Of a DNA stretch of 64,000 nt, positions 18,972 to 27,181 are shown piece after piece. This DNA comes from Stenotrophomonas sp. (lineage in GTDB: Bacteria; Pseudomonadota; Gammaproteobacteria; Xanthomonadales; Xanthomonadaceae). The DNA lies in assembly GCA_036403795.1 (NCBI GenBank), contig DASWQJ010000174.1, positions 12,573-76,572 of the forward strand, given 5' to 3'. Both the position numbers and the translations under genes were made by a program. Within the stretch, counting starts at the first letter, position 1. The number at the start of each line of letters is the position of its first letter. The notes beneath the pieces were generated by a model, which saw nothing but the letters and a program-made list of their open reading frames with translations, had not been told where the DNA came from and did no database searches.

Positions 18972-19557
18972 TCAGAGCGCCGGGGTGCCGTGCGAAGCCG
19001 TCGTGCGCGACAGTGCGCGCAGGCCGGCCCGCAGCAACTCCGCGCCGGCAACGTAGAGCACGGCAGTGCGCAGGTAGGGCGCGAACCAGTCCGCATAATT
19101 CTGCAGCCAGCCGCCCACTGTCGGTGCGGTGACGCTGTCACTGCTCCAGTAGAACGCGCCCTGCGCGATCAAATGACAGGCAGCCACCGCAAGCACGAGC
19201 ACGCCGGCGCCGCGCAGGACCGCCAGCCACGTCGCCACCGCAGGCAGGCGTGCCAGCCACGCGCCACCGGCCCACAGGGAAAGATAGGCCGGCACCAGCG
19301 CCAGGTACCCCGCCGAAACGCAATAGTGTTGCCAGAACGCGATGCCCTGCCCGCGGATCACCAGCCAGTCGACCAGCACTGCCAGTCCCATCAGCAGCGG
19401 GAATGCCCAGCGGGTCCAACTGCGCAGGTAGAGGCCACCGAGGAAGAACACGGCCCACGAAGCATCCGGCACCGGCGCGAAGTGGTTGATGCGGGTGGCG
19501 GCCATGAGCAGGGCCAACAGGAGCAGGGCGAAGGCGTGTTGGCTGCGGGCGTTCATG
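18972..19557 (-). CDS. Polytopic membrane protein of unknown function (candidate BtuM-like corrinoid carrier)
   Basis: 195 aa with about six hydrophobic segments and a single mid-protein Cys (FWQHYCVSAGY). The stop is 4 nt from the adenosyltransferase start. The functional call is inference only. Confidence 0.6.
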
Positions 19558-19650
19558 GCGGGTCCGGAATGGGAATGCAAGGGCGATTCTAACGGCTCCG
19601 GGGCCTGATCCGGCGCGGTCGACAGTGCCTTCCGCAGGCCAGCGCTTATC

Positions 19651-20868
19651 ATGGGCGACATGACGCAGACACATGACGTAGTGATCGTGGGGGGCGGCCT
19701 GGTGGGCGCCAGCCTGGCGATCGCGCTGGATCGCGTGGGGCTGGATGTCGGCCTGGTGGAAGCCAGTGCGGGCGGGACACTGCCGCCGGCATTCGACCAA
19801 CGCAACCTCAGCTTTGCCGCCGCATCGGTGCAGGCTTTGTCCGCCTTGGGAGTGATGGCGCGACTGGGTCAACCGGCCGGACCGATCCGGCGCATCCACG
19901 TCAGTCGAGCCGGGGACTTCGGTTGCGTCCAGCTCGACGCCACCGATTATGGCCGCGACAGCTTTGGACAGGTGGTGGTGGCCCGCGATTTCGGCGAGGC
20001 ACTCGAAAGCAAACTGCAAGAGGCTCGCCACCTGACCCGCTACCGGCCGGCGCGCTTCATCGGCACCGGTCCGGTGCACGAAGGCCTGCGGCCGGTGCGC
20101 GTGGCCTGCGAAGCGGGCGAGCGACTACTGCATGCGCGCTTGCTGGTCGGCGCCGACGGTACGCGCAGCGCGGTGCGTGAGCTGCTGCATATCGGCACGC
20201 AGGAGCACGATTTCCTGCAGACCTTGTTCGTGGCGCGCGTGCGTGCGAGGCGAATCCCGGACGGCACCGCCTACGAACGATTCCACGACACCGGTCCCAC
20301 GGCACTGCTGCCGCGTGGTGATCGTCATTACGGGGCGGTCCATGGGGTGGCGCGGCAGGAGGCCGAGGCCGTGGCTGCGCTGGACGAGGCGGGTTGGCTG
20401 GCTCGACTGCAGCGGGCGGCCGGTTGGCGGGCCGGGCAGCTGGTCGCCAGTGGCGAGCGCAGCGCGTATCCCATCGTGCAGGTGCTGGCGGACCAATTGG
20501 TCGCCGATCGCGTGGTCCTGCTGGGCAACGCTGCGCAGACCGTGCATCCGCTGGGTGCACAGGGCTTCAATCTGGGCCTTCGCGACGCACTGACCCTGGC
20601 CGAGCTGATCGAAGACGATCGATCGGATCCCGGTGCCGGATCGCTGCTGTCGGACTATGCAACACGCCGCAAGTCCGATCGCGAGCAGACCATTGCTTTT
20701 TCGGGCGGCCTGGCGCTGCTGACCGGGCAGTCCTCGGCGCTGTTGCGTCCATTGCGCAGCCTGGGCCTGCTGGCAGCGGCCCGGCACTCTCCCTTGCAAG
20801 GCATGCTGGTCGCCGGAGCGATGGGCTTCCGTGGCCAAGTGCCGCGCCTGTGCAGGAGCAACCCATGA
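19651..20868 (+). CDS. ubiH: FAD-dependent ubiquinone-biosynthesis hydroxylase (UbiH-type)
   Basis: DVVIVGGGLVGAS dinucleotide fold, DGTRSAVR, and GNAAQTVHPLGAQGFNLGLRD. It is the first of two tandem paralogues, as in E. coli ubiH-ubiI. Confidence 0.85.
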   Translation: MGDMTQTHDVVIVGGGLVGASLAIALDRVGLDVGLVEASAGGTLPPAFDQRNLSFAAASVQALSALGVMARLGQPAGPIRRIHVSRAGDFGCVQLDATDYGRDSFGQVVVARDFGEALESKLQEARHLTRYRPARFIGTGPVHEGLRPVRVACEAGERLLHARLLVGADGTRSAVRELLHIGTQEHDFLQTLFVARVRARRIPDGTAYERFHDTGPTALLPRGDRHYGAVHGVARQEAEAVAALDEAGWLARLQRAAGWRAGQLVASGERSAYPIVQVLADQLVADRVVLLGNAAQTVHPLGAQGFNLGLRDALTLAELIEDDRSDPGAGSLLSDYATRRKSDREQTIAFSGGLALLTGQSSALLRPLRSLGLLAAARHSPLQGMLVAGAMGFRGQVPRLCRSNP

Positions 20869-22052
20869 ACCGGCGCGCCGGCGTGGATGTGGCGATCACC
20901 GGCGGGGGTGTCGTCGGCGCGGCGTGCGCCTTGGCGTTGGCCGAGGCTGGCCTCAGCGTGACCTTGATCGAAGGTCGCCAGCCCCCCCGCTGGCGAGCGG
21001 ACGCACCGGACCTGCGGGTTTACGCCTTCGCGGCGGACAATGCCGCCTTGCTGGATTCGCTGGGCGTGTGGCCCCAGGTGCGTGCGGCACGTGTACAGCC
21101 TTACCGGCGCATGCGTGTGTGGGATGCCGGCGGCGGCGGGGAACTGACCTTCGACGCCGATGCCTTTGGCCGCGAGCAACTCGGTTGGATCGTCGAGAAC
21201 GATTTGCTGGTCGATCGTCTTTGGGCGGCGCTGCCGGGTGCCGGTGTGCAACTGCACTGCCCGGCACGGGTGGAGGCATTGGAGCAGGACGAGCGTGGCG
21301 TTCGCCTGCGTCTGGACAATGGCGAACGCGTCGACGCGGCGATGGCCATCGCCGCGGATGGCGCGGAGTCGACGTTGCGGGAATTGGCCGGGATCACGGT
21401 GTCGCGGCGGGACTATGGGCAACGCGGACTGGTCGCCTTCGTGCAGACCGAGCGGCCCCATGAAAGCACGGCCTGGCAGCGCTTTCTGGCCACAGGGCCG
21501 TTGGCCTTCCTGCCATTTGCCGATGGTAGAAGCTCGATCGTGTGGACACTGCCCGAGGACCAGGCGCAACGCCTGCTCGATGTCGAGGAGGGCGCCTTTG
21601 CGAGGGAGCTGGAACAGGCCTTCGCCGGGCGGCTGGGCAAGGTGCGGCTGGCGTCCCCGCGTGCCACGTTTGCGCTGCGCCGGCAGCTGGTCCGCGACCA
21701 CGTCGCCGGCCGTGTGCTGGTGTTGGGCGACGCCGCCCACGTAGTGCATCCCTTGGCCGGGCAGGGCGTCAACCTGGGCCTGCGCGACGTGGCGGCTTTG
21801 CGCGCGCTGGTATTGGATGCGCGCCAGCGGCGGGTCGACTGGCACGCTTCGCATCGCCTGCGCCGGTGGGCGCGGGAACGGCGCAGCGAAAACGCCATGG
21901 CCGCCTATGGGTTCGATGCGATCAACAAAGTGTTCTCCAATGACGAGATGCATCTGACCCTCGCGCGCGGTGCGGTACTGGGCCTGGCGGGCCGTTTGCC
22001 TCCTTTGGTCGACCTGTTGTGGCGGCGCGCCGCAGGCCTCGCGCCGCGCTGA
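20865..22052 (+). CDS. FAD-dependent ubiquinone-biosynthesis hydroxylase (UbiI/VisC/UbiF-type)
   Basis: ATGA overlap with ubiH. Motifs: VAITGGGVVGAA, ADGAESTLR, GDAAHVVHPLAGQGVNLGLRD. The upstream part of the 552-aa ORF overlaps ubiH and is not coding. Confidence 0.85.
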   Translation: MNRRAGVDVAITGGGVVGAACALALAEAGLSVTLIEGRQPPRWRADAPDLRVYAFAADNAALLDSLGVWPQVRAARVQPYRRMRVWDAGGGGELTFDADAFGREQLGWIVENDLLVDRLWAALPGAGVQLHCPARVEALEQDERGVRLRLDNGERVDAAMAIAADGAESTLRELAGITVSRRDYGQRGLVAFVQTERPHESTAWQRFLATGPLAFLPFADGRSSIVWTLPEDQAQRLLDVEEGAFARELEQAFAGRLGKVRLASPRATFALRRQLVRDHVAGRVLVLGDAAHVVHPLAGQGVNLGLRDVAALRALVLDARQRRVDWHASHRLRRWARERRSENAMAAYGFDAINKVFSNDEMHLTLARGAVLGLAGRLPPLVDLLWRRAAGLAPR

Positions 22053-22112
22053 GATCGGCTGGATATTCCATCCCGTGCTTGCACGGGATCCCCACCGCGA
22101 GAAGAGGTAGCG

Positions 22113-23222
22113 ATGAGCGATATCGAATGGTCCCGCAGAAAAATTCTCCAGGCGGCGCTGGGCGCCGGCGTGGCGGCTGCATTGCCGTGGCGCGCACGCG
22201 CAGCCACCTCGACCGGCAAGCCGCTGGGGGTCGCGCTCGTCGGTCTGGGGGGCTACAGCGAAGGCCGCTTGGCGCCGGCCTTGCAGCTCACGCGGCATTG
22301 CCGGCTGGCCGGCATCGTGACCGGCACGCCCGCCAAGGCCGAGGAATGGCAGCGGCGTTACCGGCTTCCGGATCGCAACGTCTACAACTACGAGAACTTC
22401 GCCTCGATCGCCGACAACCCGGACATCGACGTGGTCTATGTCGTGCTGCCCAACAGCCTGCACGCCCAATACACGATCGCCGCCGCCGAGGCGGGAAAAC
22501 ACGTCTGGTGCGAGAAGCCGATGGCCATGGATGCGGCGCAGGCCCAGCGCATGATCGATGCCTGCCATCGCAACAAGGTGAAGCTGGCGATCGGTTACCG
22601 CATGCAGCATGAGCCCAATACGCGCCGCGTGATGGGTTATGCGAAAGACAAGCCTTATGGGGCAATTCGCCGCGTGCGCGCCGAGGCCGGCTTCAACGGT
22701 TTCGACGGCGCCTCGCCCGACAACTGGCGCCTGGATCCCAAGCGCGGTGGCGGTGCGATGTATGACATGGGGGTCTATGCGTTGAACGGTGCGCGCTACA
22801 CCACCGGCCTGGAGCCGCTCGCGGTGAGTGCGCGACATGAGGTGCGCCGCCCGCAGTTGTTCGACCGCGTGGACGAGACGACGCGTTTTACCCTGGATTT
22901 TCCGGGCGGCGTCGTGGCCGATTGCGCGACCAGCTTCGGCACCACCATGAACCAGCTGCACGTGGATTGCGAGCGCGGCTGGTATGAGCTGTCCCCATTC
23001 CAGAGCTATGACGGTATCGCCGGTCGCACCAGCGACGGCATCGTGCTGGACGCAAAAGTGCAGCACCAGCAAGCGTTGCAGATGGATGACGATGCATTGG
23101 CGATCATGCAGGGCACGGCGTTGCGCGCGCCTGGCGAAGAAGGATTGGCCGACATGCGGGTGATGGATGCGATCTTTGCGTCGGCACGGACTGGCGGGGA
23201 GAAAATCACGATCGCCGGCTGA
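22113..23222 (+). CDS. Tat-exported Gfo/Idh/MocA-family oxidoreductase (glucose-fructose oxidoreductase-like)
   Basis: Twin-arginine signal SRRKILQAALGAGVAAALPWRARA, a Rossmann segment VALVGLGGYS, and EKPMA. Confidence 0.85.
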   Translation: MSDIEWSRRKILQAALGAGVAAALPWRARAATSTGKPLGVALVGLGGYSEGRLAPALQLTRHCRLAGIVTGTPAKAEEWQRRYRLPDRNVYNYENFASIADNPDIDVVYVVLPNSLHAQYTIAAAEAGKHVWCEKPMAMDAAQAQRMIDACHRNKVKLAIGYRMQHEPNTRRVMGYAKDKPYGAIRRVRAEAGFNGFDGASPDNWRLDPKRGGGAMYDMGVYALNGARYTTGLEPLAVSARHEVRRPQLFDRVDETTRFTLDFPGGVVADCATSFGTTMNQLHVDCERGWYELSPFQSYDGIAGRTSDGIVLDAKVQHQQALQMDDDALAIMQGTALRAPGEEGLADMRVMDAIFASARTGGEKITIAG

Positions 23223-23327
23223 CCCGGCGATCCTGCGGGCCCCCCGGCCGCGACGGCATCACGTCCCCCGGGGCGGGGCGTCGAAATCCTCGGCGCCGGC
23301 CCGGCAGCGCTGCTGTTCCGCGTCCGC

Positions 23328-24044
23328 TCAGCCGAAGGGGAACACCAGCTTCAGCAACCCCTTGAGCAGGTCGTTCGCGCTGTCGGCGACGGCCTTGGCG
23401 CCGAGTCCGTTCAGGGCGCGGCGCACATCGTCCCAACGTAGCTGGGCGATATCCTTTTTCAACAGCTCGGCCAGTTCTTCCGAGGTGGGCGCCAGGTCTT
23501 TCAATCGACGAACGATCGCCTGCGGATCGGCCTGCAGATGACCCCATCGTTCGGCGATCTTCAGCAGGGTATCGAAACGCACGACCAACACTTCGCGGTT
23601 GCGCTCGTACACCGGCAAGGCCCCGACATCGAGAATGGCCTGCTCGAACTGCTGCGCATCGTCGGGATGCTCGATGCGCACGGCAATGAAGCCTTCCTTG
23701 CGGTTGCGCTCGCTCACGTGCTTGGCACCGGCATCGAGATTGGCTTCGGTGAAGGCGGTGGCCACGATGCGCCGTAGCGCCTGGTCGGCCGCTTCAGGCA
23801 CCAGCGCCCGCCAGCGGGCGTAGCCGTCGCGACGCAATGCCTTCACCTTCGCGGTGGTCACACGCAGTTTCAGGGCGACAGAGGCATTGGACTCGGCGCG
23901 CGAAATTGCGCCATCGCGCTCGAGCAGCACGAAGATCAACAGCTCAAGGTCGCGCTTGGTCAGGGACTGGAAACCCTGGAGCAGGGTCAGGCGCAGGAAC
24001 TCGTTGCCGAACGCGGCCGGGTCCTGCAATTGCAGCGTGTTCAT
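23328..24044 (-). CDS. Hypothetical protein (238 aa, predicted helical, no family recognised)
   Basis: Clean ATG-to-stop ORF with the host-like GC3 pattern, about 105-nt gaps on both sides, and no TM segment or signal peptide. I recognise no motif. Confidence 0.6.
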   Translation of the reverse strand: MNTLQLQDPAAFGNEFLRLTLLQGFQSLTKRDLELLIFVLLERDGAISRAESNASVALKLRVTTAKVKALRRDGYARWRALVPEAADQALRRIVATAFTEANLDAGAKHVSERNRKEGFIAVRIEHPDDAQQFEQAILDVGALPVYERNREVLVVRFDTLLKIAERWGHLQADPQAIVRRLKDLAPTSEELAELLKKDIAQLRWDDVRRALNGLGAKAVADSANDLLKGLLKLVFPFG

Positions 24045-24123
24045 GGCCGGCTCTCCTGGATGGGGCCCGATGGAACAGCAGCTTGCACTCGGCCCGTTGC
24101 GCCCGCTGAGACCTTCACGGCGA

Positions 24124-24144
24124 GGGCGCCCGGGGCGGGCGCCC
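24124..24144 (-). terminator. GC hairpin just downstream of the SMP-30 lactonase gene
   Basis: 9-bp stem gggcgcccg/cgggcgccc with a 3-nt loop. It lies between the lactonase stop (24151) and the orphan gene start (24044). No T tract. Confidence 0.4.
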
Positions 24145-24150
24145 CGGCGC

Positions 24151-25053
24151 TTAGCGGTTCAGGGTGTCGGGCTGGCCGGGCGGATCGACGTAGAACGTCT
24201 CGATCGCGCCGCGGTCCTGCAGGGTCACGTAGACCTGGGCGCCGTCGAAAGTGACGTTGCTGGGTTTGCGGCCCTTCAAGGCGATGGTGCGCAGGAGCTT
24301 GCCTTGCGGACTCAGCACCGCGACCTGGCCGCCATCGTAGCGGGCCACGTAGAGGTTGCCCTGGGGATCGCAACGCATGCCGTCCAGGCCGAAATCCTCG
24401 AAACGATGGAGGATGCGTTTGTTGCTGAGCTCGCCATCGTGCAGGTCGTAGACCCACACCGTGCGCTGGATGCTTTCGTTGACGTAGAGATGCCGCCCGT
24501 CCGGGCTGATCTCCATGCCATTGGTCGTGCCCATCGAATCCTCGAGCAAATGCACCTTGCCATCCGGATCGACGCGCCACAGTCGGCCGGTCTGGGTGTT
24601 CCAGTCCGGGTCGCTCAGGTAGGCGCGCCCTGCGCTATCCAGGGTCAGGTCGTTGGGCCCGGTCGAGCCCGGCAGCTCTGCCAGCGTGGTCACGGCGGCA
24701 CTGGCGGGATCGATCTTGAGCAATTTGCGTCCTGCCTTGTCGGCGGCCCGCATGCTGCCATCGGCGGCAAAGCGGATCCCGTTGGCGACGCTGCCCGCGG
24801 GTAGCTCGACGAACAAAACAGCCTCGCCCCGGCCCGCTTTCGGCGTCACCCGGCCGATGCTGCCGTTGTGGGCGAAATTGACGACGTACAACGCACCGTC
24901 GGGCCCGACTGCGGGGCCTTCGATGTCCGAGGTGAACACCCCGTCGTCCACGTAGTCCCATGCCTGCCAGGCACGGGGCGTGTCGGCAGCCAGGGCAGGG
25001 CCGGCGAGGGTCAGGGACAGCAGCAGCGGCAGCATCAGGCGCATCAGCAAGCT
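24151..25053 (-). CDS. Secreted SMP-30/gluconolactonase/LRE-family beta-propeller
   Basis: Signal peptide MRLMLPLLLSLTLAGPALA. Repeated propeller blades with PNDLTLD, TNGMEISPDG and DGMRCDPQGNLYVA blocks. Confidence 0.85.
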   Translation of the reverse strand, partial: SLLMRLMLPLLLSLTLAGPALAADTPRAWQAWDYVDDGVFTSDIEGPAVGPDGALYVVNFAHNGSIGRVTPKAGRGEAVLFVELPAGSVANGIRFAADGSMRAADKAGRKLLKIDPASAAVTTLAELPGSTGPNDLTLDSAGRAYLSDPDWNTQTGRLWRVDPDGKVHLLEDSMGTTNGMEISPDGRHLYVNESIQRTVWVYDLHDGELSNKRILHRFEDFGLDGMRCDPQGNLYVARYDGGQVAVLSPQGKLLRTIALKGRKPSNVTFDGAQVYVTLQDRGAIETFYVDPPGQPDTLNR

Positions 25054-25069
25054 CCAGTGGATAGGGACG

Positions 25070-26152
25070 TCAGCGCGGTGGCCCGTGCGGTCCGGCGAAA
25101 ACGGTGATTTCCTCGCGATCGTGATACAGCTGCTTGGCCCTGAGCAATAGGGGCACGCCGGCCTGGTCGCCCAACAGGTCCAGGCATAACCGGGTTTCAT
25201 CCCAGCGCTTCTTCATCGGGAGCTTGAGATTGAAGATCGCCTGGCGGCACCAACCCTCGCGAAACCAGGTCGCCATGCGCTCAGCGACGCGGCGCGGTTG
25301 CTCGACCATGTCGCAGACCATCCAGTCCAGCGGCTTTTCCGGCTTCCATTGGAAGCCGTCTGCGCGCAGGTGTTCGACCAGTCCGCTATCGAGCACATGC
25401 TGGCGCAGCGGGCCATTGTCGACGCTGATCACCTGCATGTGTTCGCGGGTGAGCACCCAGGTCCAGCCGCCGGGAGCGGCCCCGAGATCGGCCGCACGCA
25501 TGCCCGGGCGAATGCGGGCCTGCCGCTCTTCGGGCGAGAACAGCGTGAGGAAGGCCTCCTCAAGCTTGAGCGCCGAACGCGACGGAGCGTCTGGCAGCAG
25601 CTTGAGGCGGGGGATGCCGAGGGGCCAGGGTGCGCTGTCGTCGGGGTCGGCATGCGCCAGCAGCACATGGTCGCCATCGAGGAAGCACAGGTGCAGACGT
25701 GCCAGCCCGGGATGTGCCTTGGCGGTCAGCAGGCCGGCCTTGCGCAGCGCCGGGCGCAGCGCGTTGCCAAAGCTGCGCGCCAGGCCAGCCAACGGCTTGG
25801 CGGCATCGGAATCGGGATGCTCGACCCACAGATCCCCGAACGGCTGTCCCCCCGGGTGCCCCGTGCCCGCGGACAGATCCGACAGCGCGGCCAGTACGGG
25901 CGTGATGCGGTCACGGGGATCGATGTCGCGGAGTTCGGCCAGCAGCACCAGTTTCTGGCGTGCAAAGATCAGCTCGCGCCATGGCAGGCAGGCAGACAGT
26001 GCCGCGGGCGCCTCGCAAAAGAAGAGCACGTATCCGTCGTTGCGTTGTGCGCGCGCGTAGCCAGGGTGTCCGGCCAGGGCGGCCCGCTCGCCCAGCTCAG
26101 CCGCCAGCTCCGGCTCGAAGCCCTGCCGGCAATAACACAGCAGACCGTTCAA
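25070..26152 (-). CDS. rlmM: 23S rRNA (cytidine2498-2'-O)-methyltransferase
   Basis: TTG start. The N-terminus (M)NGLLCYCRQGFEPELAAEL matches E. coli RlmM MNKVVLYCRPGFEKE. The SAM site is AADLGAAPGGWT. Confidence 0.88.
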   Translation of the reverse strand: MNGLLCYCRQGFEPELAAELGERAALAGHPGYARAQRNDGYVLFFCEAPAALSACLPWRELIFARQKLVLLAELRDIDPRDRITPVLAALSDLSAGTGHPGGQPFGDLWVEHPDSDAAKPLAGLARSFGNALRPALRKAGLLTAKAHPGLARLHLCFLDGDHVLLAHADPDDSAPWPLGIPRLKLLPDAPSRSALKLEEAFLTLFSPEERQARIRPGMRAADLGAAPGGWTWVLTREHMQVISVDNGPLRQHVLDSGLVEHLRADGFQWKPEKPLDWMVCDMVEQPRRVAERMATWFREGWCRQAIFNLKLPMKKRWDETRLCLDLLGDQAGVPLLLRAKQLYHDREEITVFAGPHGPPR

Positions 26153-26161
26153 AGCGGCCTC

Positions 26162-26722
26162 TCAATAATGTTCGCCACCGCTCTCTCCGTATTGGCGCAG
26201 CACCGCACGTGCCTGCTCGCGATGCAGGTCACGCACGACTTCGATACCGCGCCGGGTCAATTCGCCTACCCAGTCGACCGGCAGGGGGCCTTCATCAAAC
26301 TGCGTCAGTTCCATCACGTCCTCGGCGCGCGCGCCAATGAGCAATCGATCGATGCCCGCCCACACCGTGGCGCCATAGCATTGGCAGCACGGCTGGGACG
26401 AGGTCGCCAGGGTGATCGGCTTGACCACATCGTTGAGGCGCGGCGTCTGCAGGCGTTGCTGGGCCAGCATGTAGGCCATGTTTTCGGCATGGGCAAGCGA
26501 GGTGCTGTGCGGTACGACGCGGTTTACGCCGACCGAGATGATGCGGTCGTCCGGCCCAAACACCACAGCGCCGAAGGGGCCGCCCGAACGCGCTTCCAGA
26601 TTGAGCCGCGACAAGGCGATCGCCAGTTCGACCTTGCTCGCGTCATCGCGATAGTGCGCGGCCAGGTCGACCTGTTCGTGCACCCAGGCAGGCAGTGTGA
26701 GGTGGACTTGCGCGTACAGCAT
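26162..26722 (-). CDS. CDA-fold nucleoside/nucleotide deaminase (zinc-dependent)
   Basis: HAEN...PCCQC zinc-ligand motifs. 186 aa. The start ATG shares a base with the upstream lipoprotein stop (TGATG). Confidence 0.82.
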   Translation of the reverse strand: MLYAQVHLTLPAWVHEQVDLAAHYRDDASKVELAIALSRLNLEARSGGPFGAVVFGPDDRIISVGVNRVVPHSTSLAHAENMAYMLAQQRLQTPRLNDVVKPITLATSSQPCCQCYGATVWAGIDRLLIGARAEDVMELTQFDEGPLPVDWVGELTRRGIEVVRDLHREQARAVLRQYGESGGEHY

Positions 26723-27117
26723 CAGCGGATGGGCTCGGGGGAGTCGATGGGGCGGCGCAGTGTATCGGTCCCGGCCCCCTTTGCGGCACATTGGCCTTGT
26801 ACGCATTGGCAAGCGGAGATCTCGCGGAAACCGCACACGCTCATTCGACCGCTGGCGCGGCATTGCGCTTGCACGGCGGCGGGGTTGGTGGGGCTGGCAA
26901 CGTTCACGCAGGCTGGAAACGCGCCACAGCAGTTGCCGACATTCTTGACGGTGCAATCGGCGTCTGTGCGGCAGGTCGCATCCAGCGCGACGACCACGGC
27001 GGGGACCGGTGAGACGGCCGGCGCGGTGGATTTGGTGGCCGGCGGCGTCGGCGCGGCGGCACAGCTGCTGCACGCCAGGACCAGTGCCAGCGCAAACAGG
27101 CGGGTCCGCAAAGTCAT
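26722..27117 (-). CDS. Small cysteine-rich lipoprotein, unknown function
   Basis: MTLRTRLFALALVLACSSC lipobox, a Pro/Ala/Thr linker, then a domain of about 75 aa with 10 Cys (ATC..ADC..NCC..PAC..AQC..SVC..SAC.C..GQC). Confidence 0.65.
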   Translation of the reverse strand: MTLRTRLFALALVLACSSCAAAPTPPATKSTAPAVSPVPAVVVALDATCRTDADCTVKNVGNCCGAFPACVNVASPTNPAAVQAQCRASGRMSVCGFREISACQCVQGQCAAKGAGTDTLRRPIDSPEPIR

Positions 27118-27181
27118 GGCGCACTCCCGCAGGTAGGAGCCCCATCTTAAACGGCCGACTGCGCCGGTCCGTGACGCCGAC

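Noticed and set aside
19558-19650. Possible cobalamin riboswitch upstream of the BtuM-like membrane protein
   Set aside because: The spacer to the divergent ubiH is only 93 bp. I could not find a B12-box-like sequence on the minus strand, and the element normally needs about 200 nt.
20655-23072. 805-aa ORF on the minus strand
   Set aside because: It is antisense to the second ubiquinone hydroxylase and the GFOR-like gene, both of which carry clear FAD/NAD motifs. The product is low-complexity and R/A/G-rich, so it is a shadow ORF.
25298-27136. 612-aa ORF on the plus strand
   Set aside because: It is antisense to rlmM, the deaminase and the Cys-rich lipoprotein gene. It has no recognisable domains and is a shadow ORF.
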